NCBI GenBank assembly: GCA_964016885.1
Contig: OZ024741.1
Coordinates: 415,772,001 to 415,836,000 of the forward strand
Length of the DNA stretch: 64,000 bases
Source: Eledone cirrhosa
Taxonomy: Eukaryota
Reading direction: 5' to 3'
A program made the position numbers and the translations under genes. The notes beneath the pieces are model-generated. The model ran no database searches. It was not told the origin of the DNA and was given only the letters and a program-made list of their open reading frames with translations. Shown piece after piece: positions 30,701-44,139 of this stretch (its first letter is position 1; each line of letters opens with the position of its first letter).

Positions 30701-32120
30701 GTCTCTGTTATATTAACTGGGGTCTCTGTTATATTAACTGGGGCCTCTGTTATATTAACTGGGCTCTCTATTTTATTAACTGGGGTCTCTGTTATATTAA
30801 CTGAAGTCTCTGTTATATTAACTGGGGTCTCTGTTATGTTAACTGAGGTCTCTGTTATATTAACTGGGGTCTCTATTATATTAACTGGGGTCTCTGTTAT
30901 ATTAACTGGGGTCTCTGTTATATTAACTGGGGTATGTTATATTAACTGGGGTCTCTGTTATATTAACTGGGTTCTCTGTTATATTAACTGGGGTATGTTA
31001 TATTAACTGGGGTCTCTGTTATATTAACTGGGGTCTCTGTTATATTAACTGGGGTATGTTATATTAACTGGGGTCCCTGTAATATTAACTGGGGCCTCTG
31101 TTATATTAACTGGGGCCTCTGTTATATTAAATGGGGTCTCTGTTATATTAGCTGGGGCCTCTGTTATATTAACTGGGGTCTCTGTTACATTAAATGGGGT
31201 CTCTGTATATTAACTGGTGCCTCTGTTATATTAACTGGGGTCTCTGTTATATTAACTGGGGCCTCTGTTATATTAACTGGGGTCTCTGTTATATTAACTG
31301 GGGTATGTTATATTAACTGGGGTCTCTGTAATATTAACTGGGGTCTCTATTATATTAACTGGGGTCTCTGTTATATTAACTGGGGCCTCTGTTATATTAA
31401 CTGGGGCCTCTATTATATTAACTGGGGTCTCTGTTATATTAACTAGGGTCTCTGTTATATTAACTGGGGTCTCTGTTATATTAACTGGGGTCTCTGTTAT
31501 ATTAACTGGGGTCTCTATTACATTAACTAGGGTCTCTGTTATATTAACTGGGGCCTCTGTTATATTAACTGGGGCCTCTGTTATATTAAATGGGGTCTCT
31601 GTTATATTAACTGGCGCCTCTGTTATATTAACTGGGGCCTCTGTTATATTAACTGGGGCCTCTGTTATATTAACTGGGGTCTCTGATATATTAACTAGGG
31701 TCTCTGTTATATTAAATGGGGTCTCTGTTATATTAACTGGGGTCTCTGTTATATTAACTGGTGCCTCTGTTATATTAACTGGGGTCTCTGTTATAGTAAC
31801 TGGGGCCTCTGTTATATTAACTGGGGTCTCTGTTATATTAACTGGGGTATGTTATATTAACTGGGGTCTCTGTAATATTAACTGGGGTCTCTATTATATT
31901 AACTGGGGTCTCTGTTATATTAACTGGGGCCTCTGTTATATTAACTGGGGCCTCTATTATATTAACTGGGGTCTCTGTTATATTAACTAGGGTCTCTGTT
32001 ATATTAAATGGGGTCTCTGTTATATTAACTGGGGTCTCTGTTATATTAACTGGTGCCTCTGTTATATTAACTGGGGTCTCTGTTATATTAACTGGGGCCT
32101 CTGTTATATTAACTGGGGCC
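27720..32120 (+). repeat. 2,230-bp tandem duplication nested in the 14-kb unit (second instance about 41790-46230)
   Basis: GCTCTCTGTTTT at 27741/29971 and 41808/44038 (2230). GGAATCGC at 42535/44765 (2230) and 28468/30656 (2188 = 2230-42). Confidence 0.85.
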
Positions 32121-35100
32121 TCTGTTATATTAACTGGGGTCTCTGTTATATTAACTGGGGTCTCTGTTATATTAACTGGGGTATGTTATATTAACTGGGG
32201 TTTCTGTTATATTAACTGGGGCCACTGTTATATTAACTGGGGCCTCTGTTTTATTAACTGGGGCCTCTGTTATATTAAATGGGGTCTCTGATATATTAAC
32301 TGGGGTCTCTGTTATATTAACTGGGCCCTCTGTTATATTAACTGGGGCCTCTGTTATATTAACTGGGGCCTCTGTTATATTAAATGGGGTCTCTGTTATA
32401 TTAACTGGCGCCTCTGTTATATTAACTGGGGCCTCTGTTATATTAACTGGGTCCTCTGTTATATTAACTGGGGTCTCTGTTATATTAACTAGGGTCTCTG
32501 TTATATTAAATGGGGTCTCTGTTATATTAACTGGGGTCTCTGTTATATTAACTGGTGCCTCTGTTATATTAACTGGGGTCTCTGTTATATTAACTGGGGC
32601 CTCTGTTATATTAACTGGGGCCTCTGTTATATTAACTGGGGTCTCTGCTATATTAACTGGGGTCTCTGTTATATTAACTGGGGTATGTTATATTAACTGG
32701 GGTCTCTGTAATATTAACTGGGGTCTCTATTATATTAACTGGGGTCTCTGTTATATTAACTGGGGCCTCTGTTATATTAACTGGGGTCTCTGTTATATTA
32801 ACTAGGGTCTCTGTTATATTAAATGGGGTCTCTGTTATATTAACTGGGGTTTCTGTTATATTAACTGGTGCCTCTGTTATATTAACTGGGGTCTCTGTTA
32901 TATTAACTGGGGTCTCTGTTATATTAACTGGGGCCTCTGTTATATTAACTGGGGTCTCTGTTATATTAACTGGGGCCTCTGTTATATTAACTGGGGTCTC
33001 TGTTATATTAACTGGTGCCTCTGTTATATTAACTGGGGTCTCTGTAATATTAACTGGGGTCTCTATTATATTAACTGGGGTGTCTGTTATATTAACTGGG
33101 GCCTCTGTTATATTAACTAGGGTCTCTGTTATATTAACTGGGGCCTCTGTTATATTAACTGGGGTCTCTGTTATATTAACTGGGGCCTCCATTATATTAA
33201 CTGGGGTCTCTGTTATATTAACTGGGGTCTCTGTTATCTTAAATGGGGTTTCTGTTATATTAACGGGGTTCTCTGTTATATTAACTGGTGCCTCTGTTAT
33301 ATTAACTGGGGTCTCTGTTATATTAATTGGGGCCTCTGTTATATTAACTGGGGTCTCTGTTATATTAACTGGGGCCTCTGTTATATTAACTGGGCTCTCT
33401 GTTTTATTAACTGGGGTCTCTGTTATATTAACTGAGGTCTCTGTTATATTAACTGGGGTCTCTGTTATATTAACTGAGGTCTCTGTTATATTAACTGGGG
33501 TCTCTATTATATTAACTGGGGTCTCTGTTATATTAACTGAGGTCTCTGTTATATTAACTGGGGCCTCTGTTATATTAAATGGGGTCTCTGATATATTAAC
33601 TGGGGTCTCTGTTATATTAACTGGGGCCTCTGTTATATTAACTGGGGCCTCTGTTATATTAACTGGGGCCTCTGTTATATTAAATGGGGTCTCTGTTATA
33701 TTAACTGGCGCCTCTGTTATATTAACTGGGGCCTCTGTTATATTAACTGGGGCCTCTGTTATATTAACTGGGGTCTCTGTTATATTAACTAGGGTCTCTG
33801 TTATATTAAATGGGGTCTCTGTTATATTAACTGGGGTCTCTGTTATATTAACTGGTGCCTCTGTTATATTAACTGGGGTCTCTGTTATATTAACTGGGGC
33901 CTCTGTTATATTAACTGGCGCCTCTGTTATATTAAATGGGGTCTCTGATATATTAACTGGGGCCTCCGTTATATTAACTGGGGTCTCTGTTATATTAACT
34001 GGGGTCTCTGTTATCTTAAATGGGGTTTCTGTTATATTAACTGGGGTCTCTGTTATATTAACTGGGGCCTCTGTTATATTAACTGGGGTCTCTATTATAT
34101 TAACTGGGGTCTCTGTTATATTAACTGGGGTCTCTGTTACATTAAATGGGGTCTCTGTTATATTAACTGGGGCCTCTGTTATATTAACTGGGGGCTCTGT
34201 TATATTAACTGGGGCCTCTGTTATATTAACTGGGCTCTCTGTTTTATTAACTGGGGTCTCTGTTATATTAACTGAGGTCTCTGTTATATTAACTGGGGTC
34301 TCTGTTATATTAACTGAGGTCTCTGTTATATTAACTGGGGTCTCTATTATATTAACTGGGGTCTCTGTTATATTAACTGAGGTCTCTGTTATATTAACTG
34401 GGGTATGTTATATTAACTGGGGTCTCTGTTATATTAACTGGGTTCTCTGTTATATTAACTGGGGTATGTTATATTAACTGGGGTCTCTGTTATATTAACT
34501 GGGGTCTCTGTTATATTAACTGGGGTATGTTATATTAACTGGGGTCTCTGTAATATTAACTCGGGCCTCTGTTATATTAACTGGGGCCTCTGTTATATTA
34601 AATGGGGTCTCTGATATATTAACTGGGTTCTCTGTTATATTAACTGGGGTATGTTATATTAACTGGGGTCTCTGTTATATTAACTGGGGTATATTATATT
34701 AACTCGGGCCTCTGTTATATTAACTGGGGCCTCTGTTATATTAAATGGGGTCTCTGATATATTAACTGGGTTCTCTGTTATATTAACTGGGGTATGTTAT
34801 ATTAACTGGGGTCTCTGTTATATTAACTGGGGTATATTATATTAACTGGGGTCTCTGTTATATTAACTGGGGCCTCTGTTATATTAACTGGGGCCTCTGT
34901 TATATTAACTGGGGCCTCTGTTATATTAAATGGGGTCTCTGTTATATTAACTGGGGTCTCTGTTATATTAACTGGGGTCTCTGTTATATTAACTGGGGCC
35001 TCTGTTATATTAACTGGGGCCTCTGTTATATTAACTGGGGCCTCTGTTATATTAAATGGGGTCTCTGTTATATTAACTGGCGCCTCTGTTATATTAACTG

Positions 35101-38100
35101 GGGTATGTTATATTAACTGGGGTCTCTGTAATATTAACTGGGGTCTCTATTATATTAACTGGGGTCTCTGTTATATTAACTGGTTTCTCTGTTATATTAA
35201 CTGGGGTCTCTGTAATATTAACTGGGGTCTCTATTATATTAACTGGGTTCTCTGTTATATTAACTGGGGCCTCTGTTATATTAACTGGGGTCTCTGTTAT
35301 ATTAACTGGGGTCTCTGTTATATTAACTGGAATCGCTGTTATATTAACTGGGGCCTCTGTTATATTAACTGGGGTCTCTGTTATATTAACTGGGGTCTCT
35401 GTTATATTAACTGGGGCCTCTGTTATATTAACTGGGCTCTCTATTTTATTAACTGGGGTCTCTGTTATATTAACTGAAGTCTCTGTTATATTAACTGGGG
35501 TCTCTGTTATGTTAACTGAGGTCTCTGTTATATTAACTGGGGTCTCTATTATATTAACTGGGGTCTCTGTTATATTAACTGGGGTCTCTGTTATATTAAC
35601 TGGGGTATGTTATATTAACTGGGGTCTCTGTTATATTAACTGGGTTCTCTGTTATATTAACTGGGGTATGTTATATTAACTGGGGTCTCTGTTATATTAA
35701 CTGGGGTCTCTGTTATATTAACTGGGGTATGTTATATTAACTGGGGTCCCTGTAATATTAACTGGGGCCTCTGTTATATTAACTGGGGCCTCTGTTATAT
35801 TAAATGGGGTCTCTGTTATATTAGCTGGGGCCTCTGTTATATTAACTGGGGTCTCTGTTACATTAAATGGGGTCTCTGTATATTAACTGGTGCCTCTGTT
35901 ATATTAACTGGGGTCTCTGTTATATTAACTGGGGCCTCTGTTATATTAACTGGGGTCTCTGTTATATTAACTGGGGTATGTTATATTAACTGGGGTCTCT
36001 GTAATATTAACTGGGGTCTCTATTATATTAACTGGGGTCTCTGTTATATTAACTGGGGCCTCTGTTATATTAACTGGGGCCTCTATTATATTAACTGGGG
36101 TCTCTGTTATATTAACTAGGGTCTCTGTTATATTAACTGGGGTCTCTGTTATATTAACTGGGGTCTCTGTTATATTAACTGGGGTCTCTATTACATTAAC
36201 TAGGGTCTCTGTTATATTAACTGGGGCCTCTGTTATATTAACTGGGGCCTCTGTTATATTAAATGGGGTCTCTGTTATATTAACTGGCGCCTCTGTTATA
36301 TTAACTGGGGCCTCTGTTATATTAACTGGGGCCTCTGTTATATTAACTGGGGTCTCTGATATATTAACTAGGGTCTCTGTTATATTAAATGGGGTCTCTG
36401 TTATATTAACTGGGGTCTCTGTTATATTAACTGGTGCCTCTGTTATATTAACTGGGGTCTCTGTTATAGTAACTGGGGCCTCTGTTATATTAACTGGGGT
36501 CTCTGTTATATTAACTGGGGTATGTTATATTAACTGGGGTCTCTGTAATATTAACTGGGGTCTCTATTATATTAACTGGGGTCTCTGTTATATTAACTGG
36601 GGCCTCTGTTATATTAACTGGGGCCTCTATTATATTAACTGGGGTCTCTGTTATATTAACTAGGGTCTCTGTTATATTAAATGGGGTCTCTGTTATATTA
36701 ACTGGGGTCTCTGTTATATTAACTGGTGCCTCTGTTATATTAACTGGGGTCTCTGTTATATTAACTGGGGCCTCTGTTATATTAACTGGGGCCTCTGTTA
36801 TATTAACTGGGGTCTCTGTTATATTAACTGGGGTCTCTGTTATATTAACTGGGGTATGTTATATTAACTGGGGTTTCTGTTAAATTAACTGGGGCCACTG
36901 TTATATTAACTGGGGCCTCTGTTTTATTAACTGGGGCCTCTGTTATATTAAATGGGGTCTCTGATATATTAACTGGGGTCTCTGTTATATTAACTGGGCC
37001 CTCTGTTATATTAACTGGGGCCTCTGTTATATTAACTGGGGCCTCTGTTATATTAAATGGGGTCTCTGTTATATTAACTGGCGCCTCTGTTATATTAACT
37101 GGGGCCTCTGTTATATTAACTGGGTCCTCTGTTATATTAACTGGGGTCTCTGTTATATTAACTAGGGTCTCTGTTATATTAAATGGGGTCTCTGTTATAT
37201 TAACTGGGGTCTCTGTTATATTAACTGGTGCCTCTGTTATATTAACTGGGGTCTCTGTTATATTAACTGGGGCCTCTGTTATATTAACTGGGGCCTCTGT
37301 TATATTAACTGGGGTCTCTGCTATATTAACTGGGGTCTCTGTTATATTAACTGGGGTATGTTATATTAACTGGGGTCTCTGTAATATTAACTGGGGTCTC
37401 TATTATATTAACTGGGGTCTCTGTTATATTAACTGGGGCCTCTGTTATATTAACTGGGGTCTCTGTTATATTAACTAGGGTCTCTGTTATATTAAATGGG
37501 GTCTCTGTTATATTAACTGGGGTTTCTGTTATATTAACTGGTGCCTCTGTTATATTAACTGGGGTCTCTGTTATATTAACTGGGGTCTCTGTTATATTAA
37601 CTGGGGCCTCTGTTATATTAACTGGGGTCTCTGTTATATTAACTGGGGCCTCTGTTATATTAACTGGGGTCTCTGTTATATTAACTGGTGCCTCTGTTAT
37701 ATTAACTGGGGTCTCTGTAATATTAACTGGGGTCTCTATTATATTAACTGGGGTGTCTGTTATATTAACTGGGGCCTCTGTTATATTAACTAGGGTCTCT
37801 GTTATATTAACTGGGGCCTCTGTTATATTAACTGGGGTCTCTGTTATATTAACTGGGGCCTCCATTATATTAACTGGGGTCTCTGTTATATTAACTGGGG
37901 TCTCTGTTATCTTAAATGGGGTTTCTGTTATATTAACGGGGTTCTCTGTTATATTAACTGGTGCCTCTGTTATATTAACTGGGGTCTCTGTTATATTAAT
38001 TGGGGCCTCTGTTATATTAACTGGGGTCTCTGTTATATTAACTGGGGCCTCTGTTATATTAACTGGGCTCTCTGTTTTATTAACTGGGGTCTCTGTTATA

Positions 38101-39376
38101 TTAACTGAGGTCTCTGTTATATTAACTGGGGTCTCTGTTATATTAACTGAGGTCTCTGTTATATTAACTGGGGTCTCTATTATATTAACTGGGGTCTCTG
38201 TTATATTAACTGAGGTCTCTGTTATATTAACTGGGGCCTCTGTTATATTAAATGGGGTCTCTGATATATTAACTGGGGTCTCTGTTATATTAACTGGGGC
38301 CTCTGTTATATTAACTGGGGCCTCTGTTATATTAACTGGGGCCTCTGTTATATTAAATGGGGTCTCTGTTATATTAACTGGCGCCTCTGTTATATTAACT
38401 GGGGCCTCTGTTATATTAACTGGGGCCTCTGTTATATTAACTGGGGTCTCTGTTATATTAACTAGGGTCTCTGTTATATTAAATGGGGTCTCTGTTATAT
38501 TAACTGGGGTCTCTGTTATATTAACTGGTGCCTCTGTTATATTAACTGGGGTCTCTGTTATATTAACTGGGGCCTCTGTTATATTAACTGGCGCCTCTGT
38601 TATATTAAATGGGGTCTCTGATATATTAACTGGGGCCTCCGTTATATTAACTGGGGTCTCTGTTATATTAACTGGGGTCTCTGTTATCTTAAATGGGGTT
38701 TCTGTTATATTAACTGGGGTCTCTGTTATATTAACTGGGGCCTCTGTTATATTAACTGGGGTCTCTGTTATATTAACTGGGGTCTCTGTTATATTAACTG
38801 GGGTCTCTGTTACATTAAATGGGGTCTCTGTTATATTAACTGGGGCCTCTGTTATATTAACTGGGGGCTCTGTTATATTAACTGGGGCCTCTGTTATATT
38901 AACTGGGCTCTCTGTTTTATTAACTGGGGTCTCTGTTATATTAACTGAGGTCTCTGTTATATTAACTGGGGTCTCTGTTATATTAACTGAGGTCTCTGTT
39001 ATATTAACTGGGGTCTCTATTATATTAACTGGGGTCTCTGTTATATTAACTGAGGTCTCTGTTATATTAACTGGGGTATGTTATATTAACTGGGGTCTCT
39101 GTTATATTAACTGGGTTCTCTGTTATATTAACTGGGGTATGTTATATTAACTGGGGTCTCTGTTATATTAACTGGGGTCTCTGTTATATTAACTGGGGTA
39201 TGTTATATTAACTGGGGTCTCTGTAATATTAACTCGGGCCTCTGTTATATTAACTGGGGCCTCTGTTATATTAAATGGGGTCTCTGATATATTAACTGGG
39301 TTCTCTGTTATATTAACTGGGGTATGTTATATTAACTGGGGTCTCTGTTATATTAACTGGGGTATATTATATTAAC
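30073..39376 (+). repeat. 4,673-bp tandem duplication nested in the first 14-kb unit (junction at ~34704)
   Basis: ORF starts 32674/37347 and 33080/37753, GGAATCGC 30656/35329 and TCGGG 34561/39234 are all offset by 4673. A junction-specific GTATATTATATTAACTCGGG lies at ~34689-34708. Confidence 0.9.
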
Positions 39377-42300
39377 TGGGGTCTCTGTTATATTAACTGG
39401 GGCCTCTGTTATATTAACTGGGGCCTCTGATATATTAACTGGGGCCTCTGTTATATTAAATGGGGTCTCTGTTATATTAACTGGTGCCTCTGTTATATTA
39501 ACTGGGGTCTCTGTTATATTAATTGGGGCCTCTGTTATATTAACTGGGGTCTCTGTTATATTAACTGGGGCCTCTGTTATATTAACTGGGCTCTCTGTTT
39601 TATTAACTGGGGTCTCTGTTATATTAACTGAGGTCTCTGTTATATTAACTGGGGTCTCTGTTATATTAACTGAGGTCTCTGTTATATTAACTGGGGTCTC
39701 TATTATATTAACTGGGGTCTCTGTTATATTAACTGAGGTCTCTGTTATATTAACTGGGGCCTCTGTTATATTAAATGGGGTCTCTGATATATTAACTGGG
39801 GTCTCTGTTATATTAACTGGGGCCTCTGTTATATTAACTGGGGCCTCTGTTATATTAACTGGGGCCTCTGTTATATTAAATGGGGTCTCTGTTATATTAA
39901 CTGGTGCCTCTGTTATATTAACTGGGGCCTCTGTTATATTAACTGGGGCCTCTGTTATATTAACTGGGGTCTCTGTTATATTAACTAGGGTCTCTGTTAT
40001 ATTAAATGGGGCCTCTGTTATATTAACTGGGCTCTCTGTTTTATTAACTGGGGTCTCTGTTATATTAACTGAAGCCTCTGTTATATTAACTGGGGTTTCT
40101 GTTATGTTAACTGAGGTCTCTGTTATATTAACTGGGGTCTCTATTGTATTAACTGGGGTCTCTGTTATATTAACTGGGGTCTCTGTTATATTAACTGGGG
40201 TATGTTATATTAACTGGGGTCTCTGTTATATTAACTGGGTTCTCTGTTATATTAACTGGGGTATGTTATATTAACTGGGGTCTCTGTTATATTAACTGGG
40301 GTCTCTGTTATATTAACTGGGGTCTCTATTACATTAACTAGGGTCTCTGTTATATTAACTGGGGCCTCTGTTATATTAACTGGGGCCTCTGTTATATTAA
40401 ATGGGGTCTCTGTTATATTAACTGGCGCCTCTTATATATTAACTGGGGCCTCTGTTATATTAACTGGGGCCTCTGTTATATTAACTGGGGTCTCTGATAT
40501 ATTAACAAGGGTCTCTGTTATATTAAATGGGGTCTCTGTTATATTAACTGGGGTCTCTGTTATACTAACTGGTGCCTCTGTTATATTAACTGGGGTCTCT
40601 GTTATATTAACTGGGGCCTCTGTTATATTAACTGGGGTCTCTGTTATATTAACTGGGGTATGTTATATTAACTGGGGTCTCTGTAATATTAACTGGGGTC
40701 TCTATTATATTAACTGGGGTCTCTGTTATATTAACTGGGGCCTCTGTTATATTAACTGGGGCCTCTGTTATATTAACTGGGGTCTCTGTTATATTAACTA
40801 GGGTCTCTGTTATATTAAATGGGGTCTCTGTTATATTAACTGGGGTCTCTGTTATATTAACTGGTGCCTCTGTTATATTAACTGGGGTCTCTGTTATATT
40901 AACTGGGGCCTCTGTTATATTAACTGGGGCCTCTGTTATATTAACTGGGGTCTCTGTTATATTAACTGGGGTCTCTGTTATATTAACTATTGTATGTTAT
41001 ATTAACTGGGGTCTCTGTTATATTAACTGGGGCCACTGTTATATTAACTGGGGCCTCTGTTATATTAACTGGGGCCTCTGTTATATTAAATGGGGTCTCT
41101 GATATATTAACTGGGGTCTCTGTTATATTAACTGGGCCCTCTGTTATATTAACTGGGGCCTCTGTTATATTAACTGGGGCCTCTGTTATATTAAATGGGG
41201 TCTCTGTTATATTAACTGGCGCCTCTGTTATATTAACTGGGGCCTCTGTTATATTAACTGGGGCCTCTGTTATATTAACTGGGGTCTCTGTTATATTAAC
41301 TAGGGTCTCTGTTATATTAAATGGGGTCTCTGTTATATTAACTGGGGTCTCTGTTATATTAACTGGTGCCTCTGTTATATTAACTAGGGTCTCTGTTATA
41401 TTAACTGGGGCCTCTGTTATATTAACTGGTGCCTCTGTTATATTAACTGGGGTCTCTGTAATATTAACTGGGGTCTCTATTATATTAACTGGGGTGTCTG
41501 TTATATTAACTGGGGCCTCTGTTATATTAACTGGGGTCTCTGTTATATTAACTGGGGCTTCTGTTATATCAACTGGGGCCTCTGTTATATTAACTGGGGC
41601 CTCCATTATATTAACTGGGGTCTCTGTTATATTAACTGGGGTCTCTGTTATCTTAAATGGGGTTTCTGTTATATTAACGGGGGTCTCTGTTATATTAACT
41701 GGTGCCTCTGTTATATTAACTGGGGTCTCTGTTATATTAACTGGGGCCTCTGTTATATTAACTGGGGTCTCTGTTATATTAACTGGGGCCTCTGTTATAT
41801 TAACTGGGCTCTCTGTTTTATTAACTGGGGTCTCTGTTATATTAACTGAGGTCTCTGTTATATTAACTGGGGTCTCTGTTATATTAACTGAGGTCTCTGT
41901 AATATTAACTCGGGCCTCTGTTATATTAACTGGGGCCTCTGTTATATTAAATGGGGTCTCTGATATATTAACTGGGTTCTCTGTTATATTAACTGGGGTA
42001 TGTTATATTAACTGGGGTCTCTGTTATATTAACTGGGGTATATTATATTAACTGGGGTCACTGTTATATTAACTGGGGCCTCTGTTATATTAACTGGGGC
42101 CTCTGTTATATTAACTGGGGCCTCTCTTATATTAAATGGGGTCTCTGTTATATTAACTGGGGTCTCTGTTATATTAACTGGGGTCTCTGTTATATTAACT
42201 GGGGCCTCTGTTATATTAACTGGGGCCTCTGTTATATTAACTGGGGCCTCTGTTATATTAAATGGGGTCTCTGTTATATTAACTGGCGCCTCTGTTATAT

Positions 42301-44139
42301 TAACTGGGGTATGTTATATTAACTGGGGTCTCTGTAATATTAACTGGGGTCTCTATTATATTAACTGGGGTCTCTGTTATATTAACTGGTTTCTCTGTTA
42401 TATTAACTGGGGTCTCTGTAATATTAACTGGGGTCTCTATTATATTAACTGGGTTCTCTGTTATATTAACTGGGGCCTCTGTTATATTAACTGGGGTCTC
42501 TGTTATATTAACTGGGGTCTCTGTTATATTAACTGGAATCGCTGTTATATTAACTGGGGCCTCTGTTATATTAACTGGGGTCTCTGTTATATTAACTGGG
42601 GTCTCTGTTATATTAACTGGGGCCTCTGTTATATTAACTGGGCTCTCTATTTTATTAACTGGGGTCTCTGTTATATTAACTGAAGTCTCTGTTATATTAA
42701 CTGGGGTCTCTGTTATGTTAACTGAGGTCTCTGTTATATTAACTGGGGTCTCTATTATATTAACTGGGGTCTCTGTTATATTAACTGGGGTCTCTGTTAT
42801 ATTAACTGGGGTATGTTATATTAACTGGGGTCTCTGTTATATTAACTGGGTTCTCTGTTATATTAACTGGGGTATGTTATATTAACTGGGGTCTCTGTTA
42901 TATTAACTGGGGTCTCTGTTATATTAACTGGGGTATGTTATATTAACTGGGGTCCCTGTAATATTAACTGGGGCCTCTGTTATATTAACTGGGGCCTCTG
43001 TTATATTAAATGGGGTCTCTGTTATATTAGCTGGGGCCTCTGTTATATTAACTGGGGTCTCTGTTACATTAAATGGGGTCTCTGTATATTAACTGGTGCC
43101 TCTGTTATATTAACTGGGGTCTCTGTTATATTAACTGGGGCCTCTGTTATATTAACTGGGGTCTCTGTTATATTAACTGGGGTATGTTATATTAACTGGG
43201 GTCTCTGTAATATTAACTGGGGTCTCTATTATATTAACTGGGGTCTCTGTTATATTAACTGGGGCCTCTGTTATATTAACTGGGGCCTCTATTATATTAA
43301 CTGGGGTCTCTGTTATATTAACTAGGGTCTCTGTTATATTAACTGGGGTCTCTGTTATATTAACTGGGGTCTCTGTTATATTAACTGGGGTCTCTATTAC
43401 ATTAACTAGGGTCTCTGTTATATTAACTGGGGCCTCTGTTATATTAACTGGGGCCTCTGTTATATTAAATGGGGTCTCTGTTATATTAACTGGCGCCTCT
43501 GTTATATTAACTGGGGCCTCTGTTATATTAACTGGGGCCTCTGTTATATTAACTGGGGTCTCTGATATATTAACTAGGGTCTCTGTTATATTAAATGGGG
43601 TCTCTGTTATATTAACTGGGGTCTCTGTTATATTAACTGGTGCCTCTGTTATATTAACTGGGGTCTCTGTTATAGTAACTGGGGCCTCTGTTATATTAAC
43701 TGGGGTCTCTGTTATATTAACTGGGGTATGTTATATTAACTGGGGTCTCTGTAATATTAACTGGGGTCTCTATTATATTAACTGGGGTCTCTGTTATATT
43801 AACTGGGGCCTCTGTTATATTAACTGGGGCCTCTATTATATTAACTGGGGTCTCTGTTATATTAACTAGGGTCTCTGTTATATTAAATGGGGTCTCTGTT
43901 ATATTAACTGGGGTCTCTGTTATATTAACTGGTGCCTCTGTTATATTAACTGGGGTCTCTGTTATATTAACTGGGGCCTCTGTTATATTAACTGGGGCCT
44001 CTGTTATATTAACTGGGGCCTCTGTTATATTAACTGGGCTCTCTGTTTTATTAACTGGGGTCTCTGTTATATTAACTGAGGTCTCTGTTATATTAACTGG
44101 GGTCTCTGTTATATTAACTGAGGTCTCTGTAATATTAAC

